Shown one piece after another: positions 1 through 9,529 of a DNA stretch of 64,000 nucleotides (its first letter is position 1; the number at the start of each line of letters is the position of its first letter). The stretch is from positions 22,373 to 86,372 of the forward strand of contig JBBSRA010000007.1 in assembly GCA_038243515.1 (NCBI GenBank), read 5' to 3'. This DNA comes from Bacillales bacterium (GTDB lineage: Bacteria; Bacillota; Bacilli; Bacillales_A; Planococcaceae). Under the pieces are notes generated by a model. That model made no database searches. It was not told the origin of the DNA and saw only the letters and a list, made by a program, of their open reading frames with translations. The translations under genes and the position numbers were made by a program.

Positions 1-2
1 CC

Positions 3-1037
3 TTTGCAGATTGGAAAATTGAAGGTGGCAATATCCAATATTTGAATATACCTTACTTCGATTTATTGGACGGCGTCGAAGAAGTGGTCTCAGAATTGCC
101 AACAGACAGAGATATCTTAGTAGTCTGTGCAAAAGAAGGATCGTCTGTAATGGTAGCGGAAATGCTGTCAGAAGAAGGCGTCCACGCAGCTTATCTTGAA
201 GGTGGTATGAAAGCTTGGAGTGAACATCTGGAACCAGTAAAAGTCGGTGAATTGAGTAACGGTGGCGAATTGTATCAATTTGTTCGTCTTGGTAAGGGAT
301 GCCTGTCTTATATGGTTATTTCTGAAGGAGAAGCCGCTGTTATTGATGCAACTCGCATGGCAACTATCTTCTTGGACTTCGCACAAGAAAAAGGCGCAAC
401 AATCAAGTACGTTTTTGATACGCATTTGCACGCCGATCATATTTCAGGTGGTCGTGCGATTGCAGAAGCAACAGGCGCAAGTTATTATTTGCCACCAAAA
501 GACGCAGAAGGAGTCGTGTTTGAATATGCGGCTTTAGAAAATGGTCTAGAAGTGGAAATCGGAAGTCTAAAACTTGAAATTGAGGCTCTTTATTCACCAG
601 GTCATACAATTGGATCTACGTCGTTTATCGTAGATCAGAAGTATTTGATGACGGGTGATATTCTATTCATCGATTCAATCGGACGTCCGGACCTTGCAGG
701 ACTTGCTGAAGACTGGGTAGGCGATTTGAGAGAATCTCTTTACTCGCGTTATCAAAAATTAGCAGATGAGCTTATCGTTCTTCCAGCACATTTCATGATT
801 ATCGAAGAGTTGAATAGAGACGGTAGTGTTGCTAAAAAATTGAGTGACTTGTTTAAAGAAAACCACGGTCTGAATATTGCAGACGAGCAGGAATTTCGAG
901 ATCTAGTCACGGAAAACTTACCACCGCAACCGAATGCCTATCAAGATATTCGTAAAACAAATATGGGTCAAATCACACCTGATAAAGAAATACAGCGTGA
1001 AATGGAAATTGGACCCAATCGTTGTGCAGTACGTTAA
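3..1037 (+). CDS. Rhodanese + MBL-fold metallo-hydrolase (persulfide dioxygenase-like, YrkH-type); 5' end lies outside the window
   Basis: Frame is open from base 3 (FADWKIEGG...). Rhodanese loop [12 protein letters not shown] motif THLHADH, and PGHT and TGD motifs are present. Confidence 0.85.
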   Translation, partial: FADWKIEGGNIQYLNIPYFDLLDGVEEVVSELPTDRDILVVCAKEGSSVMVAEMLSEEGVHAAYLEGGMKAWSEHLEPVKVGELSNGGELYQFVRLGKGCLSYMVISEGEAAVIDATRMATIFLDFAQEKGATIKYVFDTHLHADHISGGRAIAEATGASYYLPPKDAEGVVFEYAALENGLEVEIGSLKLEIEALYSPGHTIGSTSFIVDQKYLMTGDILFIDSIGRPDLAGLAEDWVGDLRESLYSRYQKLADELIVLPAHFMIIEELNRDGSVAKKLSDLFKENHGLNIADEQEFRDLVTENLPPQPNAYQDIRKTNMGQITPDKEIQREMEIGPNRCAVR

Positions 1038-1076
1038 CTAAACTAAACTATTAACCAACTCAAAGGAGGAATTTTG

Positions 1077-1304
1077 ATGAATGCAGATAAAGTAGTAAAC
1101 GCAAAAGGGCTTGCATGTCCAATGCCAATCGTCAAAACAAGAAAACAAATGAAAGAAATGGAAAGTGGACAGGTTCTTGAAATTCTAGCAACTGATAAAG
1201 GTGCACAAGCAGATTTAGCTGCATGGGCAAAATCTGGTGGCCACGAGCTGATGGAATCACAAGTAGAGGGCGACGTCTTTAAATTCTGGATTAAGAAAGG
1301 CTAA
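1077..1304 (+). CDS. TusA/SirA-family sulfur carrier protein
   Basis: AKGLACPMP (CPxP) motif. AAGGAGG lies 7 nt before the ATG at 1077. Confidence 0.9.
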   Translation: MNADKVVNAKGLACPMPIVKTRKQMKEMESGQVLEILATDKGAQADLAAWAKSGGHELMESQVEGDVFKFWIKKG

Positions 1305-1362
1305 GAGTTAGATTAAAAGGTATCTTTAGATACCCTTTTCACTTTTAGAAAAGTGACTTAAA

Positions 1363-2139
1363 ATGAGTATGGATTTTATTGTTGTCATTTTTATCATCGG
1401 CTTTGTAGGCTCTTTCATCTCTGGAATGGTCGGAATCGGTGGTTCGATTATCAAGTATCCCATGTTACTTTATATACCAGTAATGCTGGGGTACACGGCT
1501 TTTAGTGCTCATGAAGTTTCGGGCATCAGTGCCATACAGGTCTTCTTTGCGACCATCGCTGGGGTATGGGCATATCGTGGTAGCGGTTATTTGAATAAAA
1601 CCCTAATTGCTTACATGGGGGGTGCCATTCTAGTCGGTAGCTTTATCGGTGGCTACGGCTCTACTTTGTTGTCGGAGCAAGCCATTAATGTTGTCTATGC
1701 GGTATTAGCGACCATCGCTGTCGTAATGATGTTCATGCCGAAAAAAGGTGTCGACGGCATTCCACTTGATCAAGTTACGTTCAATAAGTGGCTAGCAACG
1801 GGTCTCGCATTTGCTGTCGGAATTGCAGCCGGAATTGTTGGAGCGGCAGGCGCCTTTATTTTAGTGCCCATTATGTTGATTGTTTTGAAAATCCCAACGC
1901 GGATGACCATTGCGACGTCGCTTGCTATTACATTCTTGTCATCCATCGGCGCGACAATCGGTAAAATTGTTACAGATCAGATTTTGTACGGTCCAGCAGC
2001 TGTCATGATTGTGGCCAGTATATTAGCAGCACCTCTTGGAGCTAAGCTAGGACAAAAAATGAATACGAAATATCTTCAATGGATTTTGGCTTTATTGATT
2101 TTAGGAACAGCTATTAAAATTTGGTCAGATATTCTGTAA
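1363..2139 (+). CDS. TauE/SafE sulfite exporter family membrane protein
   Basis: Hydrophobic protein with repeated GIGG / [10 protein letters not shown] motifs. It follows the tusA-like and MBL genes as in the yrk/cst clusters. Confidence 0.85.
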   Translation: MSMDFIVVIFIIGFVGSFISGMVGIGGSIIKYPMLLYIPVMLGYTAFSAHEVSGISAIQVFFATIAGVWAYRGSGYLNKTLIAYMGGAILVGSFIGGYGSTLLSEQAINVVYAVLATIAVVMMFMPKKGVDGIPLDQVTFNKWLATGLAFAVGIAAGIVGAAGAFILVPIMLIVLKIPTRMTIATSLAITFLSSIGATIGKIVTDQILYGPAAVMIVASILAAPLGAKLGQKMNTKYLQWILALLILGTAIKIWSDIL

Positions 2140-2151
2140 TCTAGATAAACA

Positions 2152-2200
2152 TTAAAAACGGGCGAAGAAAAGTAAAATACTTTTCTTCGCCCGTTTTTAA
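2152..2200. terminator. Bidirectional intrinsic terminator
   Basis: Perfect 23-bp inverted repeat TTAAAAACGGGCGAAGAAAAGTA-aaa-TACTTTTCTTCGCCCGTTTTTAA between convergent genes. Confidence 0.9.
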
Positions 2201-2260
2201 TTGGGTCTATTTTTTATAAGTAGAATTAGTGAGCACTGGAATGAAAGTCTTCGGTTCTTT

Positions 2261-2938
2261 TTAGTTATAAAAGCTTTGTTCACTGATTTTCTCAATTCGA
2301 TTAGAAGGATACGTGTAGTTGCCTGTCCGTTCAATTTGTGCAGCTTCATACATTGCCAGAGCAACTGATTTTGCTTCTATTGGTTTGTATTTTTGCATTT
2401 TCCCTTTTAGTAATCGACTAAAAACGGGGCTTAATGATGAAGCCGCTTTTTCTCCTAAACGGAATTCTTTGCGATCACCTAGTAGTAAAGAAGGCTGGAA
2501 TATATGCACCGCAGTTAGTCCGATTTTCTTTAAGCGTACTTGCAACTGTCCTTTAGTGCGGCTATAAAACATTTTCGAATCCGAGTCTGCTCCTAATGCT
2601 GTAATAACTAAAAAGTTTTTTACTTGTTGCGATTTAGCGAGTTCTGCCATGTGAAGAGGATAAGCATAGTCAACTTTTTTAAAGGCTTCTTGAGAACCTG
2701 CTTTTTTAATTGTGGTTCCAAGACAGCAATACACATCATCTACATCAAAGTATTGAGCATATTCATCTAACTTATCAAAATCCGTAGGTACTTGCTTTAG
2801 CTTGTCATGAGTTAGTTCAAGAGGTTGGCGAACTAAAACTGTAACTTGTTGATAATGGGAGTTATTTAGAAGGATATGGAGCAATTCATTACCAACCAGT
2901 CCGCTGGCTCCTGCTAGTAAAGCAGTTTTGTTATTCAT
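2261..2938 (-). CDS. NAD(P)-binding oxidoreductase (atypical SDR, CC3/TIP30-like)
   Basis: GASGLVG Rossmann motif, plus CCLGTTIKKAGS, SKMFYSRTKG and QPSLLLG motifs. Confidence 0.8.
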   Translation of the reverse strand: MNNKTALLAGASGLVGNELLHILLNNSHYQQVTVLVRQPLELTHDKLKQVPTDFDKLDEYAQYFDVDDVYCCLGTTIKKAGSQEAFKKVDYAYPLHMAELAKSQQVKNFLVITALGADSDSKMFYSRTKGQLQVRLKKIGLTAVHIFQPSLLLGDRKEFRLGEKAASSLSPVFSRLLKGKMQKYKPIEAKSVALAMYEAAQIERTGNYTYPSNRIEKISEQSFYN

Positions 2939-3075
2939 TGTGAACGACTCCTTTGTCTAGGTCTCTTTTCTCTAAAATCTACTATACCTTATTTTACGGA
3001 GAATTGTCTTTTTGCTTTGATTCTTTCAGTGTAGGGGTACAATAAGAGAAAGGTCAAAAGGAAAGGAAGACGCAC

Positions 3076-5184
3076 ATGAAACCAGTGATACTTGCTGAAA
3101 AACCAAGCCAAGCAAAGGCCTATGCTGAAGCGTTCCAATCTACGAAACGTGATGGCTTTATTGAAATTGCACCAGATCCGATTTTTCCAGAAGGCGCTTA
3201 TATGACATGGGGAATTGGACATCTTGTAGAGTTAAAAGAACCGAAGGCTTATGATCCGAAGTGGGGAAAGTGGTCATTAGCGGCTTTGCCAATTTTACCG
3301 GACAATTACCAGTTTCAGCTAGCGCGAGGCAAAGCACAGCAATTTGGCATTATTAAAAAATTGATTTTTCAAACCGATACGGTCATCAATGCTTGCGATG
3401 TTGACCGAGAAGGGTCCAATATATTTTATAGCATCTACTATCATACAGGTGCCAAGAACAAAAAAATTAAACGTTTATGGATTAATTCTTTAGAGGCGGA
3501 CGAAGTCAGAAAAGGATTTCAAGAACTGCGTGATAATCAGCAAGATTTGTTGTTATATCAAGAAGCCAAAGCGCGTCAAATTAGTGATTGGCTCGTAGGT
3601 ATGAACGGTTCTCGTTTGTATTCTTTGTTGCTTCAAGAAAAAGGAATACACGAAGTTTTTGCCATCGGCCGCGTTCAAACACCTACTGTGTTTTTAATTT
3701 ATCAACGTGAAAAAGAAATTGAAGCGTTTGTTCCAGAGCCTTTTTACGAAATTGAAGGTTTATTTGATGCGGAAAAAGGACGCTATAAAGGCAAAGTGAA
3801 ATTACGCGCAAAAGAACGCAAAGAAGCAGAAGAGTTGCTTGCTAAACATGCGATCAGAGCAAAAGAAGAAGGTGTTGTAACGCAAGTTAAAACTGTAGAA
3901 AAGCACACACCGCCTCCTCAGCTCCATTCTTTATCAACTTTGCAAGCTGTGGCCAATCGCAAGTGGAAATACAGTCCGGCGAAAGTGTTGTCTGTCATGC
4001 AAAGTCTTTACGAGAAAAAACTCGTAAGTTATCCACGCACCGATACGCAACACATTACACCAAGTGAATTTAGTTATTTAGCGGGACAAGTGGAAAAGTA
4101 TCAAAAATTGATAAACACACCATTTCCTATCGCATCAAAAGCACCTAAAAAGCGCTTTGTGGACAGCTCTAAAGTTCAAGAGCATTATGCTATTATTCCG
4201 ACGAAGACGATACCGACAGCGCGCAAAGTAGAAGGATTGGCAAAAGACGAGCGCAATTTGTACGAAGAAGTACTGCGGACGACATTGGCGATGTTCCATA
4301 AAGATTATCGCTATGCTGAAACGAAAGTGACGACAGAGGTTAAAGGTTTGCCATTTTTCACGACGGGCAAAACTGAACTTGAAAAAGGATGGAAAGAGCT
4401 GTTTGCCGTCTCTAAAGAAGCAAAAGAAGAGCCATCTTTGCCTGAATTGCGTGAGCAGGAACGCGTCCAAAGCAAAATTGAACTAAAAGAAAGCATGACA
4501 AAGCCACCAAAGCCTTATACGGAAGGGCAGTTAATTGCTATGATGAAGACTTGTGGGAAGTTTGTCGAAGATGTCGAAGATACCGAGATTCTCAAAGAAA
4601 TTGAAGGTCTTGGTACCGAGGCAACACGAAGTGGCATCATTGAGACCATCAAAAGACATGGCTATATTTCAGTTACCAAAAATATAGTTTCTATTACTGG
4701 AAAAGGCCGCATTTTATGCCAGTCTATCGAAGGGAATTTATTGTCCAGTCCATCGATGACGGCGAAATGGGAAACATATTTAAAGAAAATCGGACGTGGA
4801 GAAGGCTCAGCTGAAGTGTTCTTGACCACAATCGGTAAGTTTATTCAAAAACTGCTCGATGAAGTGCCAGCGCAAATGCAGAAAAACGGCTTGCCAGCAC
4901 AACTAGCGACACCAGACGCTAAAGATGAAATTGCGCTTTGTCCAAGATGCAAAACCGGCATGATTGTTTCAAGAAGAGGCTCTTATAATTGTACGGAATA
5001 TGCTAATGGCTGCAAGCAATCTTTTCCCGCGACTTTCTTGAAAAAAAGACTAACTGCTAAACAAATCGAATATTTGTGTACGAAAGGGAAGACGCCGGTC
5101 ATTAAAGGCTTTGTTTCAAAAAATGGTAAGAAATTTAATGCCAAACTGGTACTTGAAGACAGTAAATTGAAAATGGAGTTCTGA
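3076..5184 (+). CDS. topB: DNA topoisomerase III (type IA)
   Basis: LAEKPS, DVDREG, GRVQTP, SYPRTD (catalytic Tyr), GLGTEATR, and a C-terminal CPRC zinc ribbon. Confidence 0.95.
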   Translation: MKPVILAEKPSQAKAYAEAFQSTKRDGFIEIAPDPIFPEGAYMTWGIGHLVELKEPKAYDPKWGKWSLAALPILPDNYQFQLARGKAQQFGIIKKLIFQTDTVINACDVDREGSNIFYSIYYHTGAKNKKIKRLWINSLEADEVRKGFQELRDNQQDLLLYQEAKARQISDWLVGMNGSRLYSLLLQEKGIHEVFAIGRVQTPTVFLIYQREKEIEAFVPEPFYEIEGLFDAEKGRYKGKVKLRAKERKEAEELLAKHAIRAKEEGVVTQVKTVEKHTPPPQLHSLSTLQAVANRKWKYSPAKVLSVMQSLYEKKLVSYPRTDTQHITPSEFSYLAGQVEKYQKLINTPFPIASKAPKKRFVDSSKVQEHYAIIPTKTIPTARKVEGLAKDERNLYEEVLRTTLAMFHKDYRYAETKVTTEVKGLPFFTTGKTELEKGWKELFAVSKEAKEEPSLPELREQERVQSKIELKESMTKPPKPYTEGQLIAMMKTCGKFVEDVEDTEILKEIEGLGTEATRSGIIETIKRHGYISVTKNIVSITGKGRILCQSIEGNLLSSPSMTAKWETYLKKIGRGEGSAEVFLTTIGKFIQKLLDEVPAQMQKNGLPAQLATPDAKDEIALCPRCKTGMIVSRRGSYNCTEYANGCKQSFPATFLKKRLTAKQIEYLCTKGKTPVIKGFVSKNGKKFNAKLVLEDSKLKMEF

Positions 5185-5279
5185 AGCTTAAAAGCTTATT
5201 TGGTTGCAATAGCACCCGCATTTCTTTGATAATCAATTAAGAGAGCAAAGTAACTAACCTGACAGAAAGGGAGTTTCAG

Positions 5280-6476
5280 ATGAAATACAATTTTGATGAA
5301 AAGATTAATAGAAGAGGTACTTACTCCTTGAAGTGGGACGGCGAAGAATTAATAAAACAATTTGGGCTGACAGAAAGATACGACGAAAACACCATTCCGT
5401 TGTTTACTGCTGATATGGACTTGCCAGTTCCTCAACCTCTAGTAGATGCTTTGCATAAAACAGTAGATCATCGAATTTATGGCTATTCTGTTTTTCCAGA
5501 TGAATATTTTAAAGCGATTCAATTATGGATGGAAAAACGTCATGACTGGAAAGTCGAAAAAGAACAGATTGTTTACAGTCCAGGTACTGTTCATGCATTA
5601 AACATTGCGGTAAGAGCATTTACAAAAGCCGATGACGGTGTCATGATTCAACGACCTGTTTATCCACCGTTTACATCTGTCATTGAAGAGAACGGACGGC
5701 AAGTAGTAAATAACGCATTGAAAAAAGATGACAATGGCTATTATTCCATCAACTTTGAAGATTTTGAAGCCAAAGCACAAGACGACAACACGACTATGTT
5801 TATTCTGTGCAATCCACACAATCCGACAGGTAGAAACTTCAAACAAGACGAGCTTAGAAAGATGGCAGCTATTTGTCGTAAACACCATGTCTTAATCGTT
5901 GCAGATGAAATTCATGGAGATTTGCTTCGCCATGGTGAAAAATTTGTTCCAATGGCAAAAGTGGCAGATCGCAATGATCACATCATTACATGCACAGCAA
6001 TCAATAAAACCTTTAACGTTGCTGGCTTGCATTGCACCAATGTCATCATTTCTGACGAAGAATTGCGAACTAAATTCGCTACGGAAATGGGTATGCAATT
6101 GGCATCTCCGTTTGCGATTTCAGCTTTAATCGCGGTTTATAATGAAGGTGAAGATTGGTTAGTGCAATTGAAGGATTATGTAGATGGCACCATGAACTAC
6201 ATCAAAGAATTTCTAGCCGACAACATGCCTAAAGTGAAAGTAGCGATACCAGAAGGTACCTACATTATGTGGTTGGACTTTAGCAACTACGGCATATCGG
6301 CAATTGAAATCCACGATCGCATTTACAACAAAGCAAATGTGTTGTTAGAAGACGGCAGTATGTTTGGTGAAGAAGGCGAATTTTATCAGCGAATTTGTAC
6401 GCCTTCTCCGCGTCCATTGATTAAAGAAGCTTTAGAAAGAATAGCGAAAGAGTTCGAAGATTTTTCGGAAAAATAA
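5280..6476 (+). CDS. patB: MalY/PatB family PLP-dependent C-S lyase
   Basis: ADMD, LCNPHNPTG, ADEIHGD, NKTFNVAGL and PEGTYIMWLDF motifs. Confidence 0.9.
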   Translation: MKYNFDEKINRRGTYSLKWDGEELIKQFGLTERYDENTIPLFTADMDLPVPQPLVDALHKTVDHRIYGYSVFPDEYFKAIQLWMEKRHDWKVEKEQIVYSPGTVHALNIAVRAFTKADDGVMIQRPVYPPFTSVIEENGRQVVNNALKKDDNGYYSINFEDFEAKAQDDNTTMFILCNPHNPTGRNFKQDELRKMAAICRKHHVLIVADEIHGDLLRHGEKFVPMAKVADRNDHIITCTAINKTFNVAGLHCTNVIISDEELRTKFATEMGMQLASPFAISALIAVYNEGEDWLVQLKDYVDGTMNYIKEFLADNMPKVKVAIPEGTYIMWLDFSNYGISAIEIHDRIYNKANVLLEDGSMFGEEGEFYQRICTPSPRPLIKEALERIAKEFEDFSEK

Positions 6477-6674
6477 TGAGAAGATAGCGATCGAAATTTG
6501 AGTAACAAGCTTAATTTCTGTATTTTCAAAGCAGAATTTAGTATGCTGAATGTACTTGGAAAACAATAGCGTTTCTGAATTTGTATAAGAATGTATGCAT
6601 CAATCATATTTAACGTTTATAAAATGTTGCTTTTTTATATGTTGGTTAAATACTTCAGACAATAGCGCTGAAGT

Positions 6675-6722
6675 AAAAGCCGGAAAGAATGCCTGGAAAA
6701 AGGCATTTCTTTTCGGCTTTTT
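6675..6722 (+). terminator. Terminator-like hairpin just upstream of the small ORF at 6751
   Basis: AAAAGCCGGAAAGAATGCC...AGGCATTTCTTTTCGGCTTTTT stem with a U tail. Confidence 0.65.
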
Positions 6723-6750
6723 CTATTTCTGAACAGGAGAGGAAGCGGAT

Positions 6751-6948
6751 ATGATGTATTATTTCGTAGATCATAAGAAAAAGAAGATTCACCTACGCCA
6801 ATTTGCAGGCGATCGATGTGAGTTTGTAGACACACCTGTTGAATATAGAGAGTTTACTGACCGTGTTGACTACATTACACAACTCGAAAAAAAACATCAT
6901 TATAAACGTTGTGACCATTGCCAGTCGGTACAAACTATTATTAGCTAA
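6751..6948 (+). CDS. Small hypothetical protein (65 aa), possible Zn-binding His/Cys/CxxC
   Basis: AGGAGAGG SD upstream. Ends in RCDHCQ. Confidence 0.65.
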   Translation: MMYYFVDHKKKKIHLRQFAGDRCEFVDTPVEYREFTDRVDYITQLEKKHHYKRCDHCQSVQTIIS

Positions 6949-7022
6949 CCAATTTTTGTTACAGAACTACATTTACATACCATTCAAAAAAGACAACTCA
7001 AAAAAACGAGTTGTCGGATATG

Positions 7023-7049
7023 AAAAAGTCAGCTAAAGCTGGCTTTTTT
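7023..7049. terminator. Bidirectional terminator
   Basis: AAAAAGTCAGCT-aa-AGCTGGCTTTTT between convergent ORFs. Confidence 0.7.
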
Positions 7050-7745
7050 CTATTTCGTAGCTTCTAAAAGCAACAAAATATAGCCTTTATCTCTTACGAA
7101 GTCCCAGTCGAGAAATACTTCTAGAATGGGCTGTTTTAAAATGGCTTCGATATGCGTTTCCAACAGTAATCTTCGTTCCAAAGGACGTTTAACCAATTTT
7201 AATTCTTCTATGAATCCACCGCGAATCAATTCTTTTTCGATTTCAACAAAAATCCCAGACCGTTCAATTAGCAACATCCGGTTATTTAGCCAGTATAGTT
7301 CGGTCAAGTCAGGTGTTTTTTGTGCTTTTCGACTCGCTTCTTCGACTTCTCCACGAATTGCGTCGACTGCAATCGCTGAATCCCATCTAATGTTTCCGGC
7401 GGGCGTTTTGTCTTTCGTGATCGCAAGAATTAGCCCAGTTTGATCGTCTAAATTCCAATCTGCATAAACATAATCAATATCTAGCTCAGCCATTTGCTGT
7501 AAATCTGATTTGATGTCAATTTTCAATTGGTTCATTAGTAAATCTCGCAATTCTAATACTCTGCGGTGTTCGCCTTGCTTCAGTAAAATTTTTTCGGAAG
7601 GAGACAAAAATCCACGAAGGTGAATCGCGATAAACGGTGACTGAACTGTTACAAATACAGAAGTTGGGCCTTTACCAAAATGAGTGCGCAGTAAAGTGGA
7701 AATATAGCTAGCCACTTTAGTGTGAGTAGTTTTCTCTTGCGACAT
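7050..7745 (-). CDS. MpsC/DUF2294 family protein (tandem domains)
   Basis: LLRTHFGKGPTSV is the typical N-terminal motif. The second half repeats it (SRKAQKTPD...EIEKELI...VFLDWD). Confidence 0.75.
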   Translation of the reverse strand: MSQEKTTHTKVASYISTLLRTHFGKGPTSVFVTVQSPFIAIHLRGFLSPSEKILLKQGEHRRVLELRDLLMNQLKIDIKSDLQQMAELDIDYVYADWNLDDQTGLILAITKDKTPAGNIRWDSAIAVDAIRGEVEEASRKAQKTPDLTELYWLNNRMLLIERSGIFVEIEKELIRGGFIEELKLVKRPLERRLLLETHIEAILKQPILEVFLDWDFVRDKGYILLLLEATK

Positions 7746-7792
7746 GATTTAATCTCCTTGTATGTTGATTTATGAAATCGAGAGTTAGTTTC

Positions 7793-8377
7793 TTACAATT
7801 CATATTTCCCTTTTAAAGGAACGAATAATACATTGTTCAAAAGTGTCGTATGGAACTTATTGTTAGTTTCTTTTTCAATTAATCGCAGTTCCTGACTAAA
7901 AGAATCGCCAATTGGGATGACCATTTTGCCACCAATAGACAGTTGTTGAAGTAACTCTTTCGGCACTTCAGAAGCTGAGGCGGTCACCATAATTCGATCA
8001 AAAGGTTGATGTTCTTTCCAGCCTTCACTGCCGTCACCTAATTTGAAATAAATAGTATCAATGTTTAAATGAGCTAACCGCTCTTTTGCACGAGCGTGTA
8101 ATTCTTCAATTCTCTCAATGCTATAGACGGATGCAGTAAAAGCTGCAAGTAGAACAGTTTGAAAACCAGAACCGGTTCCAAGCTCTAGTACTTTGTGTCC
8201 TGGTTGAAGATCAAGTGCCAATGTCATTTCGAGAACAAGTGAAGGTTGAGAGATGGTTTGTTCAAATCCAATAGGAAGAGCATGGTCAAAAAGAGCTAAA
8301 TCTTTGTTCACGTCCATGAAAAAGCTCCGATCCATGTTTTTAAAATAAGAAATGATTTCTTTTTTTTGATGATTCAC
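7793..8377 (-). CDS. pcm: Protein-L-isoaspartate O-methyltransferase
   Basis: LPIGFEQTISQP, VLELGTGSGFQ, PFDRIMVTA and QLSIGGKMVIP motifs. Likely start is GTG 8377 after AGGTGA (ORF track start 8434). Confidence 0.9.
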   Translation of the reverse strand: MNHQKKEIISYFKNMDRSFFMDVNKDLALFDHALPIGFEQTISQPSLVLEMTLALDLQPGHKVLELGTGSGFQTVLLAAFTASVYSIERIEELHARAKERLAHLNIDTIYFKLGDGSEGWKEHQPFDRIMVTASASEVPKELLQQLSIGGKMVIPIGDSFSQELRLIEKETNNKFHTTLLNNVLFVPLKGKYEL

Positions 8378-8531
8378 GAGATCACCTACTTTCTTATACT
8401 GAAACTGTATCGTAGAAAAGTAGTATGGATACAATGCATTTTTTGCTAGGACTTGTTACAGTAATTTTAAGTGGAAAATCGTCCGTTGTATAGCAAATGA
8501 TCTAGCTTTTAGAAAAGAAAGGAGCGATAGG

Positions 8532-9212
8532 ATGACAAATCAACAACTAACCATTAAAACAGTTGAAAAAGGAATACAGTCCAACAAAGAGAGTTGGGAG
8601 CTCGCAACTTTTGGAATGGGTTGCTTTTGGGGACCCGAAGCACGATTTGGAAGTATCACTGGTGTTATGCAGACAAGCGTCGGATTTGCAGGTGGCACGT
8701 CAAAAGCTCCAACTTATCGGCAAATGGGTGACCATACAGAGACTGTTCAAATTAAATTTGATCCTTCTATCATTAGCTATGCAGCTATTCTTAAAGTGTT
8801 TTGGAGCAATCATTACCCAAATCGGGATCAGTACAAAGGAAGACAATATATTTCACTGTTGCATTATCATACAGAAAAGCAGCGACAAACGATAGAAATT
8901 ATCAAAAAAGAAATGGAAAAAGAGTTAGGCGAACCCATCGAAACCGAAATATCTCGCTTTAGTGAGTTTGCATCTGCAGAAGAGCGTCACCAAAAATACT
9001 ATTTAAAACGCTACCCAAAAGCAATCGAGCAACTAGCAGGACTTTATCCCAGTGCAGAGCAATTAAAAGATTCTACTTTTGCTGCACGATTAAATGGTTT
9101 TGTAAAAGGCTTTGGTACAAAAGACAGTATGCGTAAAGAAATAACTCATTGGAGCATCGGAAAAGGTGAAAAGGAATTTTTGACGGAATTATTTGCATCG
9201 CTAAAATGGTAA
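8532..9212 (+). CDS. msrA: Peptide methionine sulfoxide reductase A
   Basis: GCFWG active site, GDHTETVQ and AEERHQKYY motifs. AAGGAG SD. Confidence 0.9.
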   Translation: MTNQQLTIKTVEKGIQSNKESWELATFGMGCFWGPEARFGSITGVMQTSVGFAGGTSKAPTYRQMGDHTETVQIKFDPSIISYAAILKVFWSNHYPNRDQYKGRQYISLLHYHTEKQRQTIEIIKKEMEKELGEPIETEISRFSEFASAEERHQKYYLKRYPKAIEQLAGLYPSAEQLKDSTFAARLNGFVKGFGTKDSMRKEITHWSIGKGEKEFLTELFASLKW

Positions 9213-9334
9213 GTGCTACGTAAAGCCAGAAAAGATAGAGGATTAACAGGCAGTTCTTTATATGATGAATCATATAAAGAAAAAGTCGAGCAAACTGATT
9301 TTTTAACTTACCGCAATAAAAAGGAGTATGTGTA

Positions 9335-9529
9335 ATGGATCAAACAACAATGATTTTAGCATTAATCCCTGTCTTTCTTATTCAACTGGCTTTAATGATT
9401 TTCGCTTTAGTAGATTTAATAAAAAATCCCAACCCAAATGGTCCGAAATGGATGTGGGGCATCATCATTGTCATTATTAACATTCTAGGCCCGATTCTTT
9501 ACTTTGTTATTGGGAGGCGAAATTATTGA
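9335..9529 (+). CDS. PLDc_N-domain small membrane protein (YxlE-like)
   Basis: Two hydrophobic helices with GPKWMW and GPILYFVIGR. Confidence 0.8.
   Translation: MDQTTMILALIPVFLIQLALMIFALVDLIKNPNPNGPKWMWGIIIVIINILGPILYFVIGRRNY

Noticed and set aside
3076-5184. topB as a marker of a conjugative element
   Set aside because: No relaxase, T4SS or integrase genes are nearby; the flanking genes are ordinary chromosomal ones.
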